DNA of 32,000 nucleotides from Pseudodesulfovibrio mercurii (GTDB lineage Bacteria; Desulfobacterota; Desulfovibrionia; Desulfovibrionales; Desulfovibrionaceae): assembly GCF_000189295.2 (NCBI RefSeq), contig NC_016803.1, forward strand, positions 1,410,001 through 1,442,000, given 5' to 3'. Below the pieces are notes generated by a model. That model was not told the DNA's origin. It did no database searches and saw only the letters and a program-made list of their open reading frames with translations. Shown one piece after another: positions 7,473 through 16,425 of this stretch (position 1 is the first letter of the stretch; each line of letters begins with the position of its first letter). A program made the position numbers and the translations under genes.

Positions 7473-8801
7473 TCATCGTTCCCTGAGCGCGTTCTGTTTT
7501 GCCTTGAGCAGGGGCTTGAGCAGGTAGTCCAGGACCGACTTGCGGCCGGTCAGGATGTCCACGCTCGCGGTCATGCCCGGAATGATGGGCAGTTGCTGTC
7601 CCCGGTAGGTGATGGCGTTTTCCTTGGTGCGCACCTTGACCAGATAGTGGCTCTCGCCCTTCTCGTCCTCGATGGTGTCGGCCGAGATGTTCTCGACGAT
7701 GCCGTCCAGGCCGCCGTAGATGGAGAAGTCGTAGGCCGTGATCTTGACCTTGGCCTTCTGGCCGGGGTGCAGGAAGGCGATGTCCGAGGGTTTGACCTCG
7801 GCCTCGACCAGCAGGGTGTCGTCCAGGGGCACGACCTCCATGATGGATTCGCCGGGCCGGATGACGCCGCCGATGGTGTTGACCATGATGTGCTTGACCA
7901 CGCCGCGCACGGGCGAGCGCACGTCGGTGCGGGTCACGCGGTCGCCGCCGGAACTCAGGTTCTCCTGGATGGAGTTGAGTTCCTGCCTGCGGGAGTTGAT
8001 CTCCTCCAGCGCGTCGGCCCGGTACTCGGCCCGGGCCTGGTCGATGCGCCCCTTGGCCTCCTTGGCGGCCCGCTGCACGCGGGGGATGCCCAGGGTCAGG
8101 GCCTGCATGTCGCCGCGCAGCTGAACCACGGTCTGCTCCAGGCGCAGGTAGTCGAGTTCGGAGTGGATGTGCTTCTCCACCAACGGCTTGGCGATGTTGC
8201 GCTGCTTCTCGGCCACGTCCAGGCTCTGGCGGAGCTGGTTGCGGCGGGCGACCATCTCGCTGACCTCCTGCTGGCGCTGCTGGTACTGGTCCTCGAGCAG
8301 GCCGATGTCGATGTTCAGCTTGTTGCGCTGGGCCACGAAGATGCGCCGCTGGTCCTCGACCAGCTGGGGCGCCTTCTTGACCACGTCGGGCGGGAAGTCC
8401 GGTTCGGCCGCGCCGTCCGCCTCGGCCTGGAGCCGGGCGATGGCCGCCTGGTGCTCCAGGGCCTTGCTCTGGGCGTCGCGGTAGTAACTGGCGGCCTGTT
8501 CGTTGGACAGGCGGCAGAGAATGTCGCCCTTCTCCACGGTCTGGCCCTCCTGGACGAACAGCTCGTTCATGATGCCGCCCTCCAGGTTCTGGATTTCCTG
8601 AATGCGCTGGGACGGGATGACCCGACCGAAGCCACGCGTGCGCTCGTCGAGCATGGCCAGCTTGGCCCAGACGATGAAGATGACGATCATCAGCAGGATG
8701 GCCGTGGACATGAGGTAGGCAAGCCGGTGGCCCTTGCCGTACATGGCCTGGTCCACCTCGCTCATGAACAGGAGCGTTTCTCTATCGAATTTCTTGCTCA
8801 T
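7473..8801 (-). CDS. HlyD-family type I secretion membrane fusion protein
   Basis: The start is placed at the ATG at 8801 (MSKKFDRETLLFMSEVDQAMYG...), 7 nt after the ABC gene stop, with GAGG overlapping that stop. The longer track ORF (to 8876) would overlap the ABC gene. It has a single N-terminal TM (AYLMSTAILLMIVIFIVWA), a long coiled-coil middle and a beta-barrel C-terminus typical of HlyD. Confidence 0.9.
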   Translation of the reverse strand: MSKKFDRETLLFMSEVDQAMYGKGHRLAYLMSTAILLMIVIFIVWAKLAMLDERTRGFGRVIPSQRIQEIQNLEGGIMNELFVQEGQTVEKGDILCRLSNEQAASYYRDAQSKALEHQAAIARLQAEADGAAEPDFPPDVVKKAPQLVEDQRRIFVAQRNKLNIDIGLLEDQYQQRQQEVSEMVARRNQLRQSLDVAEKQRNIAKPLVEKHIHSELDYLRLEQTVVQLRGDMQALTLGIPRVQRAAKEAKGRIDQARAEYRADALEEINSRRQELNSIQENLSSGGDRVTRTDVRSPVRGVVKHIMVNTIGGVIRPGESIMEVVPLDDTLLVEAEVKPSDIAFLHPGQKAKVKITAYDFSIYGGLDGIVENISADTIEDEKGESHYLVKVRTKENAITYRGQQLPIIPGMTASVDILTGRKSVLDYLLKPLLKAKQNALRER

Positions 8802-8808
8802 CGCGACC

Positions 8809-11403
8809 TCACAGGGAAACCTTGATTTGACCGGTCCTGAGGCCGTCGAGCACGGCCTTCTTGGGCCCGTCCACAACTATCCTGCCCCGGTCCATGATGA
8901 CCAGCCGGTCCACGAGATCGAGCATGGAATGGCGGTGGGTGATGACGATGAGCGTCTTGTCCTCGATATATTTCCGCAGCCGCTCCTTGAGGCGGAATTC
9001 CGACTGGTTGTCCATGTTGCTCGACGGCTCGTCCATGATCAGGATTTCCGGGTCGGGCAGGATGGCGCGGGCGATGGTCACGGCCTGGCGCTGGCCGCCG
9101 GACAGGGAGGTGCCGCGCTCGCCGACCATCAGGCCGAAGCCCGCCGGGTGGTCGCGAACGAAGTCGTTGACCCCGGCGATCTCGGCGGCCGCGTTGATGG
9201 ACTGGTCGTCCGCCTCGGGCAGGCCGAAGGCGATGTTGTCCTTGAGGGTGCCGTAGAAGAGCAGGCTGTCCTGGGAGATGTAGCCCACCTTGCGGCGCAG
9301 GTCGGCCACGTCCATCTGGCGCAGGTCGATGTCGCCCACCTGGACCGAGCCCTTCACGGGCTGGTAGAGGCCCACGCAGAGCTTGCCCAGCGTGGTCTTG
9401 CCCGCGCCGGTGCGGCCCACGATGCCGACCTTCTCGCCCGGCTTGAGCTTGAGGTTGATGTCGTGGAGCACGGCCTTGTCCGTGCCGGGATAGCTGAAGG
9501 ACACGTCGGTCAGGGTCACGGACGGCTCGATGACGCCGTAGTGGAAGGCCTCCTTGTCGTCGGGCCGCTCGGACGGCATCTCCATGAGCATGTCCAGGGC
9601 GTTCAGGGCCATGCGGGACTGCTGGAAACGGGAGAGCAGCCCGGCCACGGCGGACAGCGGGGCCATGGACCGGCCGGACAGGATGTTGCAGGCGATGAGC
9701 CCGCCCACGGTCAGTTCGCCCTTGGAGATGAGGTACACGCCGGTGATGACCACGGCCACGGAGACCATCTGGGTGACGAAGACCGAGAAGGTGATGGACA
9801 CGTTGGCCATGGTCTTGGCGTGGCTGTTGGAGTGGGCGGACAGGCCGACCACGTTCTCCCAGCGGGCCTGGATGCGGCCCTCGGCCATGGAGGTCTTGAT
9901 GGTCTCGAGCCCCTGGACGATCTCGAACAGGAGCGCGTACTTCTGGGTGGATTCCTTGTAGTGGTTCTCGATGATCCGCTGGAAGGGAATCTGCATGAAC
10001 ACGCCCACCAGGATGACCAGGGGCACGGCCACGAATATGGGATAGGCGATGGGTCCGCCGATGAAGTAGATGACGCAGATGAACAGGACCAGGAACGGCA
10101 GGTCGATGAGCGCCACCAGGGAGGACGAACCGAAGAACTCGCGCAGGGACTCGAACTCGCGGATGTTGTTGGCCACCGCGCCCGCCGACTCCGGCATGTA
10201 GTCGAGCCGGGCGGACATGAGGTGGTTCATGATCTTGGAGCCGATGAGCACGTCGGCGTTGCGCCCGGCCACGTCCACGAAATAGGAGCGCAGGTTCTTG
10301 AGCAGGAAGTCGAACAGGTAGGCGATGGCGATGCCGATGGCCAGGGCCCAGAGGGTGTCGGTGGCGTTGTTGGGGATGACCCGGTCGTACACGTTCATGA
10401 CGAAAAGCGGCGAGGCGATGATGATGATGTTGGTCATGATCGAGGCGCCGATGACGTGCTTGTAGATGGGCCAGAACTTGGCGATGACGCCCCAGAACCA
10501 GCGCTTGGTCTTGAGCAGCCGGAGCTCGCTGGCCCGCTTGTCCAGCTTGGACTTGCGGTGACAGAAGATGGCGTACCCGGTGTACTCCTCCTCGAGCTTG
10601 GACAGCGGCATCTCGGTCTCGTCCATGCCGTGGCCCGGCACGATGACCCGGGCCGTGCTGCCGGTGGTGTCCAGAAGCACGCAGGCGTTGCCCCCGCGCA
10701 GGAGCAGGATGCACGGCATGACCAGCCGGGTGATGGACCGCAGCTTCTCGCGGTACACGGTCTTGGCGGTGATGCCGATGCGCTCGGCCGAACGGACGAT
10801 GGCCGCGGCGGTGATGACCCCCTCCTGCTGGGGGATGCCCGCCTTGAGGGTGGCCGAGGAGACCGGCTTGCCGAGCAGACGGCTGATGATGGACAGGCAG
10901 ATGACCAGGGGCGGCTGAAAATCGATGTCCTTGGGGGTCAACCGCTCGTCGGTCTCCACCCGGGCGGGCCGCTCCATGCCCGGCAACGGCGGCATGCCCG
11001 GCGGCATCTGCCCCTTGACCGGCTGGCCCGGCTGCGGCCGACCAGCCTGCGGAGCGCCCGGTTGCGCCTTGCCGGACGCGGCATCCCCTTCCGGGACGGG
11101 CGCGGACGCCGGTGCGGCCTGGGTCGCGGACGCGGCGGCCGACTGGGGTGCGGCCCCAGGTACGGCCTGAGACGCCGACTGAGGCGCGGGTCCGGCCGGT
11201 TTGGCCGTGCCGCCCGGCATGGGGCCGGTGTCCATGCGCGTGGTCCCGGCAACGGGCTTGCCGTCGTCGCCCCTGACGGGGACGGGACGGGACGCGCCGG
11301 GGGCGGGCCTGGGCCCGGTCTGATCGGGCGAGGCTTCGGACCCGGTCCTGCGGTCCGGGGCGGGCTTCGGGGCTGCTGGTGACGCTTTCTTCTCGGGTGG
11401 CAT
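8809..11403 (-). CDS. T1SS ABC transporter (LssB/LapB type) with an N-terminal C39-like domain and an unusual ~140-aa Pro/Ala/Gly-rich N-terminal extension
   Basis: Walker A GRTGAGKTT, signature LSGGQRQ, Walker B ILIMDEPSS, and a six-TM exporter domain. The C39-like region is PLVICLSIISRLLGKPVSSATLKAGIP...PCILLLRGGNACVLLD. The start is uncertain: ATG at 11403 (MPPEKKASP...) is preferred, the track uses TTG at 11463, and the ATG at 10977 (MERPARVETDE) would remove the low-complexity extension. Confidence 0.85.
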   Translation of the reverse strand: MPPEKKASPAAPKPAPDRRTGSEASPDQTGPRPAPGASRPVPVRGDDGKPVAGTTRMDTGPMPGGTAKPAGPAPQSASQAVPGAAPQSAAASATQAAPASAPVPEGDAASGKAQPGAPQAGRPQPGQPVKGQMPPGMPPLPGMERPARVETDERLTPKDIDFQPPLVICLSIISRLLGKPVSSATLKAGIPQQEGVITAAAIVRSAERIGITAKTVYREKLRSITRLVMPCILLLRGGNACVLLDTTGSTARVIVPGHGMDETEMPLSKLEEEYTGYAIFCHRKSKLDKRASELRLLKTKRWFWGVIAKFWPIYKHVIGASIMTNIIIIASPLFVMNVYDRVIPNNATDTLWALAIGIAIAYLFDFLLKNLRSYFVDVAGRNADVLIGSKIMNHLMSARLDYMPESAGAVANNIREFESLREFFGSSSLVALIDLPFLVLFICVIYFIGGPIAYPIFVAVPLVILVGVFMQIPFQRIIENHYKESTQKYALLFEIVQGLETIKTSMAEGRIQARWENVVGLSAHSNSHAKTMANVSITFSVFVTQMVSVAVVITGVYLISKGELTVGGLIACNILSGRSMAPLSAVAGLLSRFQQSRMALNALDMLMEMPSERPDDKEAFHYGVIEPSVTLTDVSFSYPGTDKAVLHDINLKLKPGEKVGIVGRTGAGKTTLGKLCVGLYQPVKGSVQVGDIDLRQMDVADLRRKVGYISQDSLLFYGTLKDNIAFGLPEADDQSINAAAEIAGVNDFVRDHPAGFGLMVGERGTSLSGGQRQAVTIARAILPDPEILIMDEPSSNMDNQSEFRLKERLRKYIEDKTLIVITHRHSMLDLVDRLVIMDRGRIVVDGPKKAVLDGLRTGQIKVSL

Positions 11404-11484
11404 ACGGTTCACTTGGCTGAGGATTGCCTGTGCGCGGACCGCGAAAACGGGTCCGCCGTCCAATACTTACAGTAGTAGTGTCAC

Positions 11485-11513
11485 AATCTTTCCCGTGAGG
11501 CCTGTTTTGTCAA
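11485..11513 (-). promoter_or_regulatory. Sigma-70-type promoter candidate for the minus-strand T1SS operon
   Basis: The minus strand reads TTGACA (11513->11508), a 17-nt spacer, then AAGATT (11490->11485). The -10 element is weak (3 of 6). Confidence 0.3.
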
Positions 11514-11593
11514 GCCTCAAATAGATCATTCCTTAGCGATCCCGCACGGTTCATCAATGCGTGCGGGGGAAATACCGGTCGGTGTCCGCGTCC

Positions 11594-12589
11594 TCAGGCG
11601 GAGACCGAAACCCCGATCTTGCCCAGGGCACGGCCCGACTCCCAGTAGCGGTGGGCCGAGGCGATGTCGCGGAAGTCGAAGCGGCGCTCGTCCAGAAGCA
11701 CGGCCAGCTCGTCCGCGTCGGTGAGCGCGGCCACCTGGTCGAGGATCTCGCCGATCCGTTCGCGCCCCCTGCCGGTGATCAGCGGCAGGAGCATGAAGAC
11801 CACGTGCAGGGACAGGCTCTTGGCGTGCAGCGGGCCGAGATCGTGGGAGGAGCGGGTGTTGGTGGAGACCACCCGGCCGCCCATGCGGGCCGCCTTGAAG
11901 GAGGCGTCCAGGACGGGGCCGCCCACGGTGTCGAAGACCGCGTCGAACCCCCGGCCCGCCGTGTGTTCGTCCACGTAGTCGTCCACGCTCGCGGTCGTGT
12001 AGTCGATGGGCGTGCCGCCCAGGGCCTCGACCACGGAGGCCTTGTCCGGTGAGGAGACCGTGGCGAAGACCTCGGCCCCGGCGTGGACCCCGAGCTGCAC
12101 GGCCAGGTGCCCCACGCCCCCGGCCCCGCCCTGGACCAGGAGCCGTTCGCCCGTCTTGAGCCCGGCCTTGTCGAACAGGGCCAGCCAGGCGGTCACGGCC
12201 ACCAGGGGCATGGCCCCGGCGTCGGTCAGGTCCATGCACCGGGGTGCGCGGGCCAGCAGGCGCTCGTCCCCGACCATGAACTCGGCCAGAGCGCCGGGCA
12301 ATCCCCGGACACCGCCGGGGCAGCCGAACACGCGGTCGCCCAGGGCCAGACGGGTCACGCCGGGCCCCACACCCTCCACGGTGCCGGACACGTCCATGCC
12401 CAGCACGGCGGGCAGGTCGGGCGAGAAGGCCAGGGCCGAGCCCATGGTGGCGATCTTGTTGTCGATGGGGTTGAGGCTCGACCCGGCCACCCGGACCAGG
12501 ACCTGGCCCGGACCGGGTTCGGGCACGGCTATGTCGGACTCGGCAAAGGCGTATTCCCTGCCGTATTCTTCAATCAGCATGGCTTTCAT
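11594..12589 (-). CDS. Zinc-type alcohol dehydrogenase / NADPH:quinone oxidoreductase family (MDR superfamily)
   Basis: The start is taken as the ATG at 12589 (MKAMLIEEYGREY...), preceded by GGAGGA (agtGGAGGAagcatccATG). It has a GroES-like N-terminal domain and the Rossmann motif VQGGAGGVGHLAVQLG. The rest of the 1033-aa track ORF is antisense read-through of ygiQ. Confidence 0.85.
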   Translation of the reverse strand: MKAMLIEEYGREYAFAESDIAVPEPGPGQVLVRVAGSSLNPIDNKIATMGSALAFSPDLPAVLGMDVSGTVEGVGPGVTRLALGDRVFGCPGGVRGLPGALAEFMVGDERLLARAPRCMDLTDAGAMPLVAVTAWLALFDKAGLKTGERLLVQGGAGGVGHLAVQLGVHAGAEVFATVSSPDKASVVEALGGTPIDYTTASVDDYVDEHTAGRGFDAVFDTVGGPVLDASFKAARMGGRVVSTNTRSSHDLGPLHAKSLSLHVVFMLLPLITGRGRERIGEILDQVAALTDADELAVLLDERRFDFRDIASAHRYWESGRALGKIGVSVSA

Positions 12590-12709
12590 GGATGCTTCCT
12601 CCACTTTTTCCATCCTACCCGCATCGCGGCGGGCTGTACAGGGGAGGCGAGGCGGCAACCCGCGCGAAAAGGAGTGGACCAACGCGCGCGCCTGGGTCAT
12701 CATCTCCGG

Positions 12710-14521
12710 ATGGCACGCACACAACACGCACAAACCCTCCGCCAGCCCCCGGTCCTGCCCATGTCCCGCGAGGAGATGGACGCCCTGGGCTGGGAGGAAC
12801 TGGACATTCTCCTGGTCTCGGGCGACGCCTACGTGGACCACCCCTCCTTCGGCGCCCCCCTGCTCGGGCGCTGGCTGGTCCGCCACGGCTTCCGCACGGG
12901 CATCTGCGCCCAGCCCGCCTGGGACCGGCCCGACGACCTCCTGCGCATGGGCCGCCCGAGGCTCTTCGCGGGCGTCACCGCCGGGTCCCTGGACTCCATG
13001 CTGGCCCACTACACGGCCTTCCGCAAGAAGCGGTCCGACGACGCCTACACCCCCGGCGGCCAGGCGGGCGCGCGGCCCAACCGGGCGTGCATCGCCTACA
13101 CCAACGCGGTGCAGCGGGCCTTCCCCGGCCTGCCCGTGATCCTGGGCGGCATCGAGGCCTCGCTCCGGCGCGTGTCCCACTACGATTTCTGGTCCGACTC
13201 GGTGCGCAAGTCCGTGCTGCTCGATTCCAAGGCCACGGCTATCGCCTACGGCATGGCCGAAGACTCCATCGCCATTGTGGCGAAGACCATCGCGACCATC
13301 CTGGACGAGGTCGGCGAGGTGGACCTGCGCGCCCTCAGGCCCCAGCTGGTCGGGCTGCCGGGCCTGGCCGTGGCCGGGACCCGCGACGACATCCCGGAGG
13401 ACGCCGAGGTCCTGGAGCTGCCCTCTCACGAGGCGATCCTGGCAGACCCCAAGGCGCTCATCGAGGCCACCCGGCTCATGGAGAAGCAGGTCCACCAGAA
13501 CAAGGCCATGGCCGTGCAGGAGACCGACGGACGGCTGGTCCTGGTCTCCCCGCCCGGCCCCCTGCTCGACACGGCAGGCCTGGACGAACTGGCCGGGCTG
13601 CCCTTCACCCGGCTGCCCCACCCGTCCTACCGCCAGCGCATCCCGGCGGCGGAAATGATCCGGACGAGCGTGACCACCCACCGGGGCTGCTCGGGCGGCT
13701 GCTCCTTCTGCACCCTGGCCCTGCACCAGGGGCGGACCATCCGCTCGCGGAGCAAGGCGTCCATCCTGAAGGAGGTCCGGGCCATCACCGAGGTCAAAGG
13801 ATGGACCGGGTCCATCTCGGACGTGGGCGGCCCCAGCGCGAACATGTGGGGTGCACACTGCGCCTCGGACCAGTCCGCCTGCGAGCGGGCCAGTTGCCTG
13901 ACCCCGCGCATCTGCAAGCACTACCGCGTGGCCCAGCGGGACTTCGTCTCCCTGCTCCGGTCCGTGGCCGACGTGAACTCCGTGGAGCACGTGCGCGTGG
14001 CCTCGGGCTGGCGCATCGACCTGGCCGTGACCGACATGCAGGCCCTGACGACCATGATCCGCGAATTTGTGGGCGGCCAGGCCAAGGTCGCGCCCGAGCA
14101 CCAGGTGGACCACGTCCTCAAGCTCATGCGCAAGCCCGGCTTCGAGACCTTCGAGACCTTCCTGGACCTGTTCGACAAGGAATCGAAAAAGGCGGGCAAG
14201 AAGCAGTACGTCATCCCCTACCTCATGTCCGCCTTCCCCGGCTGCACCGAGGAGGACATGCGCAGCCTGCGCCACTGGCTCGATGCGCGCGGCTGGAAGC
14301 CCGAGCAGGTCCAGTGCTTCATCCCCCTGCCCGGCACGGCCGCCGCGGCCATGTTCCACGCCGAGTGCGACATGCAGGGCAACCCCATCCACGTGGCCAA
14401 GACCGACGCGGAACGGCTGCGCCAGCACGCCATCCTCATGCCCGATACCGGACGGCCGCCGGGCAACGCGCCGCACCGGGACCGGGGACGGGGCCGGAGC
14501 CGGAAGCACCCCCGGAAATGA
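12710..14521 (+). CDS. ygiQ: YgiQ-family (UPF0313) radical SAM protein
   Basis: It has the conserved N-terminus ...LPMSREEMDALGWEELDILLVSGDAYVDHPSFG, a CxxxCxxC-type motif (HRGCSGGCSFCTL) and an Arg-rich C-terminal tail. The start is ATG 12710 (MARTQHAQTL...) or ATG 12761 (MSREEM...). Confidence 0.85.
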   Translation: MARTQHAQTLRQPPVLPMSREEMDALGWEELDILLVSGDAYVDHPSFGAPLLGRWLVRHGFRTGICAQPAWDRPDDLLRMGRPRLFAGVTAGSLDSMLAHYTAFRKKRSDDAYTPGGQAGARPNRACIAYTNAVQRAFPGLPVILGGIEASLRRVSHYDFWSDSVRKSVLLDSKATAIAYGMAEDSIAIVAKTIATILDEVGEVDLRALRPQLVGLPGLAVAGTRDDIPEDAEVLELPSHEAILADPKALIEATRLMEKQVHQNKAMAVQETDGRLVLVSPPGPLLDTAGLDELAGLPFTRLPHPSYRQRIPAAEMIRTSVTTHRGCSGGCSFCTLALHQGRTIRSRSKASILKEVRAITEVKGWTGSISDVGGPSANMWGAHCASDQSACERASCLTPRICKHYRVAQRDFVSLLRSVADVNSVEHVRVASGWRIDLAVTDMQALTTMIREFVGGQAKVAPEHQVDHVLKLMRKPGFETFETFLDLFDKESKKAGKKQYVIPYLMSAFPGCTEEDMRSLRHWLDARGWKPEQVQCFIPLPGTAAAAMFHAECDMQGNPIHVAKTDAERLRQHAILMPDTGRPPGNAPHRDRGRGRSRKHPRK

Positions 14522-14673
14522 CCCGGCACGGACACCGAAACGACACCGGCGGGGTCCGCAATATTGCAGATATGTATATCCCCGACGCCTGAATAACATA
14601 TTTGTAATATTTTTCTTCCCTTTTCGTATGCGGGACCGCCCGGAAAGCCAAGCCCCGCGCCATATTTCGCGCA

Positions 14674-14688
14674 TGGCATCGTGTTTGC
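14674..14688 (+). promoter_or_regulatory. Sigma-54 (-24/-12) promoter candidate directly upstream of nifA
   Basis: TGGCAT-cgtgt-TTGC (14674-14688) is a good match to TGGCAC-N5-TTGC. The -12 GC lies only about 12 nt before the annotated ATG at 14701. Confidence 0.45.
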
Positions 14689-14700
14689 TATTCATCAGCC

Positions 14701-16284
14701 ATGCATGCGAATGTCCCCGGATTGAAACTGTCGGCCCTGCAGTCCATCTGCCAGGTCATCGACCAGGCCATGGACCTGCAATCGGCACTGGACGGCGTTC
14801 TGAAGATACTTTCGGAACAGCTGGCCATGCAGCGGGCCACGGTGACCCTCTTCGACCCCGAGACGGGCCAGCTGTCCATCAACGCCTCCTACGGCCTGAC
14901 CGTGGAGGAGAAGCGGCGCGGCGTGTACCGGCTGGACGAGGGCGTCACCGGGCGCATCTTCCAGACCGGTGAACCCTACTACGTGCCGGACATCGACAAG
15001 GAACCGCTCTTCCTGGACAAGACCGGGTCGCGCCGGGTCAAGCGCGGCATGATCTCGTTCATCGGCGTGCCCATCATCCTCCACGGCGACCCCATCGGCG
15101 TGCTCAACGTGGACCGCCTGTTCGAGGACGAGATCAGCTTCGAGGAGGACATCGACTTCCTCAAGGTGGTGGCCACGCTCATCGGCCAGTTCCTCAGCCT
15201 GAACGAGAAGATCATGGCCAGGGAGGCCGCCCTGAAGCGCGAGAACACCTCCCTCAAGTACCAGATTTCCAAAAATTCCAAGGGCCCGTACATCGTGGGC
15301 CAGAGCTCGGCCATGGTCGAGGTGCAGCGCCAGATGGAGAAGGTCTCGCCCACCCGGGCCACGGTCCTGCTGCTCGGCGAATCCGGCGTGGGCAAGACGC
15401 TCATCGCCAAGATCATCCACGAGCTGTCCGAGCGCAAGGGCAACCCGTTCATCAAGGTCAACTGCGCGTCCATCCCCGGCAACCTGCTGGAATCCGAGCT
15501 GTTCGGCCACGAGAAGGGAGCCTTCACCGGGGCCACGGGCACCCGGCCCGGCCGCTTCGAGGAGGCGGACACCGGGACCATCTTCCTGGACGAGATCGGC
15601 GAACTGCCCATGGGGTTGCAGGCCAAGCTCCTGCGCGTGCTCCAGGACAAGGAACTGGAGCGGCTCGGCTCCAACCGGACCCGGACCATCGACGTGCGCA
15701 TCCTGGCCGCCACCAACCGCGACCTGGGCCACCTGGTGGAGCGCGGCCGGTTCCGCCTGGACCTCTACTACCGGCTGAACGTCTTTCCCATCCGCGTGCC
15801 CCCCCTGCGCGAGCGCAAGGAGGACATCACCGGCCTGCTCAACCATTTCCTGCGCAAGATGGCCGAGGACTACGGGCGCAACATCCACCTGACCTCCACG
15901 GCCCTGGACGCGCTCATCCGCTACGACTGGCCCGGCAACGTCCGCGAGATGCAGAACCTCATCGAGCGGCTGGTGATCATGTCCGAGGAGGACCGCATCA
16001 GCCTGGAATTCGTCAAGTCCTACCTGGCGCCCGGCCAGTCGGCCGCGGTCCAGGAGGCCCTGCCCATCTCCGAGGACGCCCCGCGCCACACCTCCCTCAA
16101 GGAGTTCGAGCGCAACGAGGTCATGGCCGCCCTGGAGCGCAACGGCTGGGTCCAGTACAAGGCCGCCGAGGCCCTGGGGCTGTCCGCCCGCCAGATGGGC
16201 TACCGGGTCAAGAAGTACGGCCTGGAGTCCATGATCGCCGAGGGCCGGGCCCGAATCCGGCGGCTGAAGGACGGCCAGGCGTAA
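14701..16284 (+). CDS. nifA: Sigma-54-dependent transcriptional activator, NifA-like (GAF, AAA+, Fis-type HTH)
   Basis: The N-terminal GAF domain reads [28 protein letters not shown]...[18 protein letters not shown]. The AAA+ domain has GESGVGKT and the GAFTGA loop ([13 protein letters not shown]). The C-terminal HTH reads [28 protein letters not shown]. It neighbours the nif operon. The Cys-rich interdomain motif of O2-sensitive NifA proteins is absent. Confidence 0.85.
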   Translation: MHANVPGLKLSALQSICQVIDQAMDLQSALDGVLKILSEQLAMQRATVTLFDPETGQLSINASYGLTVEEKRRGVYRLDEGVTGRIFQTGEPYYVPDIDKEPLFLDKTGSRRVKRGMISFIGVPIILHGDPIGVLNVDRLFEDEISFEEDIDFLKVVATLIGQFLSLNEKIMAREAALKRENTSLKYQISKNSKGPYIVGQSSAMVEVQRQMEKVSPTRATVLLLGESGVGKTLIAKIIHELSERKGNPFIKVNCASIPGNLLESELFGHEKGAFTGATGTRPGRFEEADTGTIFLDEIGELPMGLQAKLLRVLQDKELERLGSNRTRTIDVRILAATNRDLGHLVERGRFRLDLYYRLNVFPIRVPPLRERKEDITGLLNHFLRKMAEDYGRNIHLTSTALDALIRYDWPGNVREMQNLIERLVIMSEEDRISLEFVKSYLAPGQSAAVQEALPISEDAPRHTSLKEFERNEVMAALERNGWVQYKAAEALGLSARQMGYRVKKYGLESMIAEGRARIRRLKDGQA

Positions 16285-16317
16285 ATTTTCGGCATACCTA
16301 CCTCCACCCCATTCAAG

Positions 16318-16358
16318 ATGCCCCTCGCCGGACGGTCCGGCGGGGGGCATCGGGTTTT
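16318..16358 (+). terminator. Terminator-like hairpin after nifA
   Basis: atgcccctcgccggacggtccggcggggggcat is a long GC stem (16318-16350) followed by cgggTTTTc. Confidence 0.5.
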
Positions 16359-16425
16359 CGGGGCTGCGCGCTTGCCTGCGGGCCCGGAGGACTTATCTTT
16401 TGGGGAGACGGAACGATCCGGCCCC

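Noticed and set aside
8734-11382. 882-aa ORF on the plus strand (and the 638-aa ORF at 8798..10714 on the minus strand) overlapping the ABC transporter gene
   Set aside because: Its composition is extreme in Gly, Asp, His, Arg and Ala, with no recognisable motifs. The alternative frame has unmistakable Walker A, Walker B and signature motifs. Long antisense or off-frame ORFs are expected in GC-rich DNA. The same reasoning applies to 4850..6583 (+), 7278..8825 (+), 14695..16350 (-), 17203..18681 (+), 18618..20048 (+), 20728..21906 (+), 23606..24856 (+), 25031..26536 (+), 28385..29446 (-), 29714..30685 (-) and 30516..31301 (-).
14558-14567. Perfect 10-bp palindrome GCAATATTGC in the AT-rich ygiQ/nifA spacer
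   Set aside because: It does not match the NtrC (TGCACC-N5-GGTGCA-like) or NifA consensus. A single short palindrome in AT-rich DNA can occur by chance. It is mentioned only as context for the nifA promoter finding.
12590-14695. Upstream two-thirds of the 1033-aa minus-strand ORF 11594..14695
   Set aside because: Only the last 331 codons (from the ATG at 12589 with a GGAGGA RBS) look like a real MDR oxidoreductase. The remainder is antisense to the well-supported ygiQ gene and has Gly/Arg/Ala-rich junk composition.
16361-16375. Weak sigma-54-like GG-N10-GC element (gGGCTG-cgcgc-TTGC) upstream of the 84-aa ORF at 16426
   Set aside because: Only the GG and TTGC match and the -24 hexamer is poor. 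It also overlaps the tail of the nifA terminator, so it is too weak to call a promoter.
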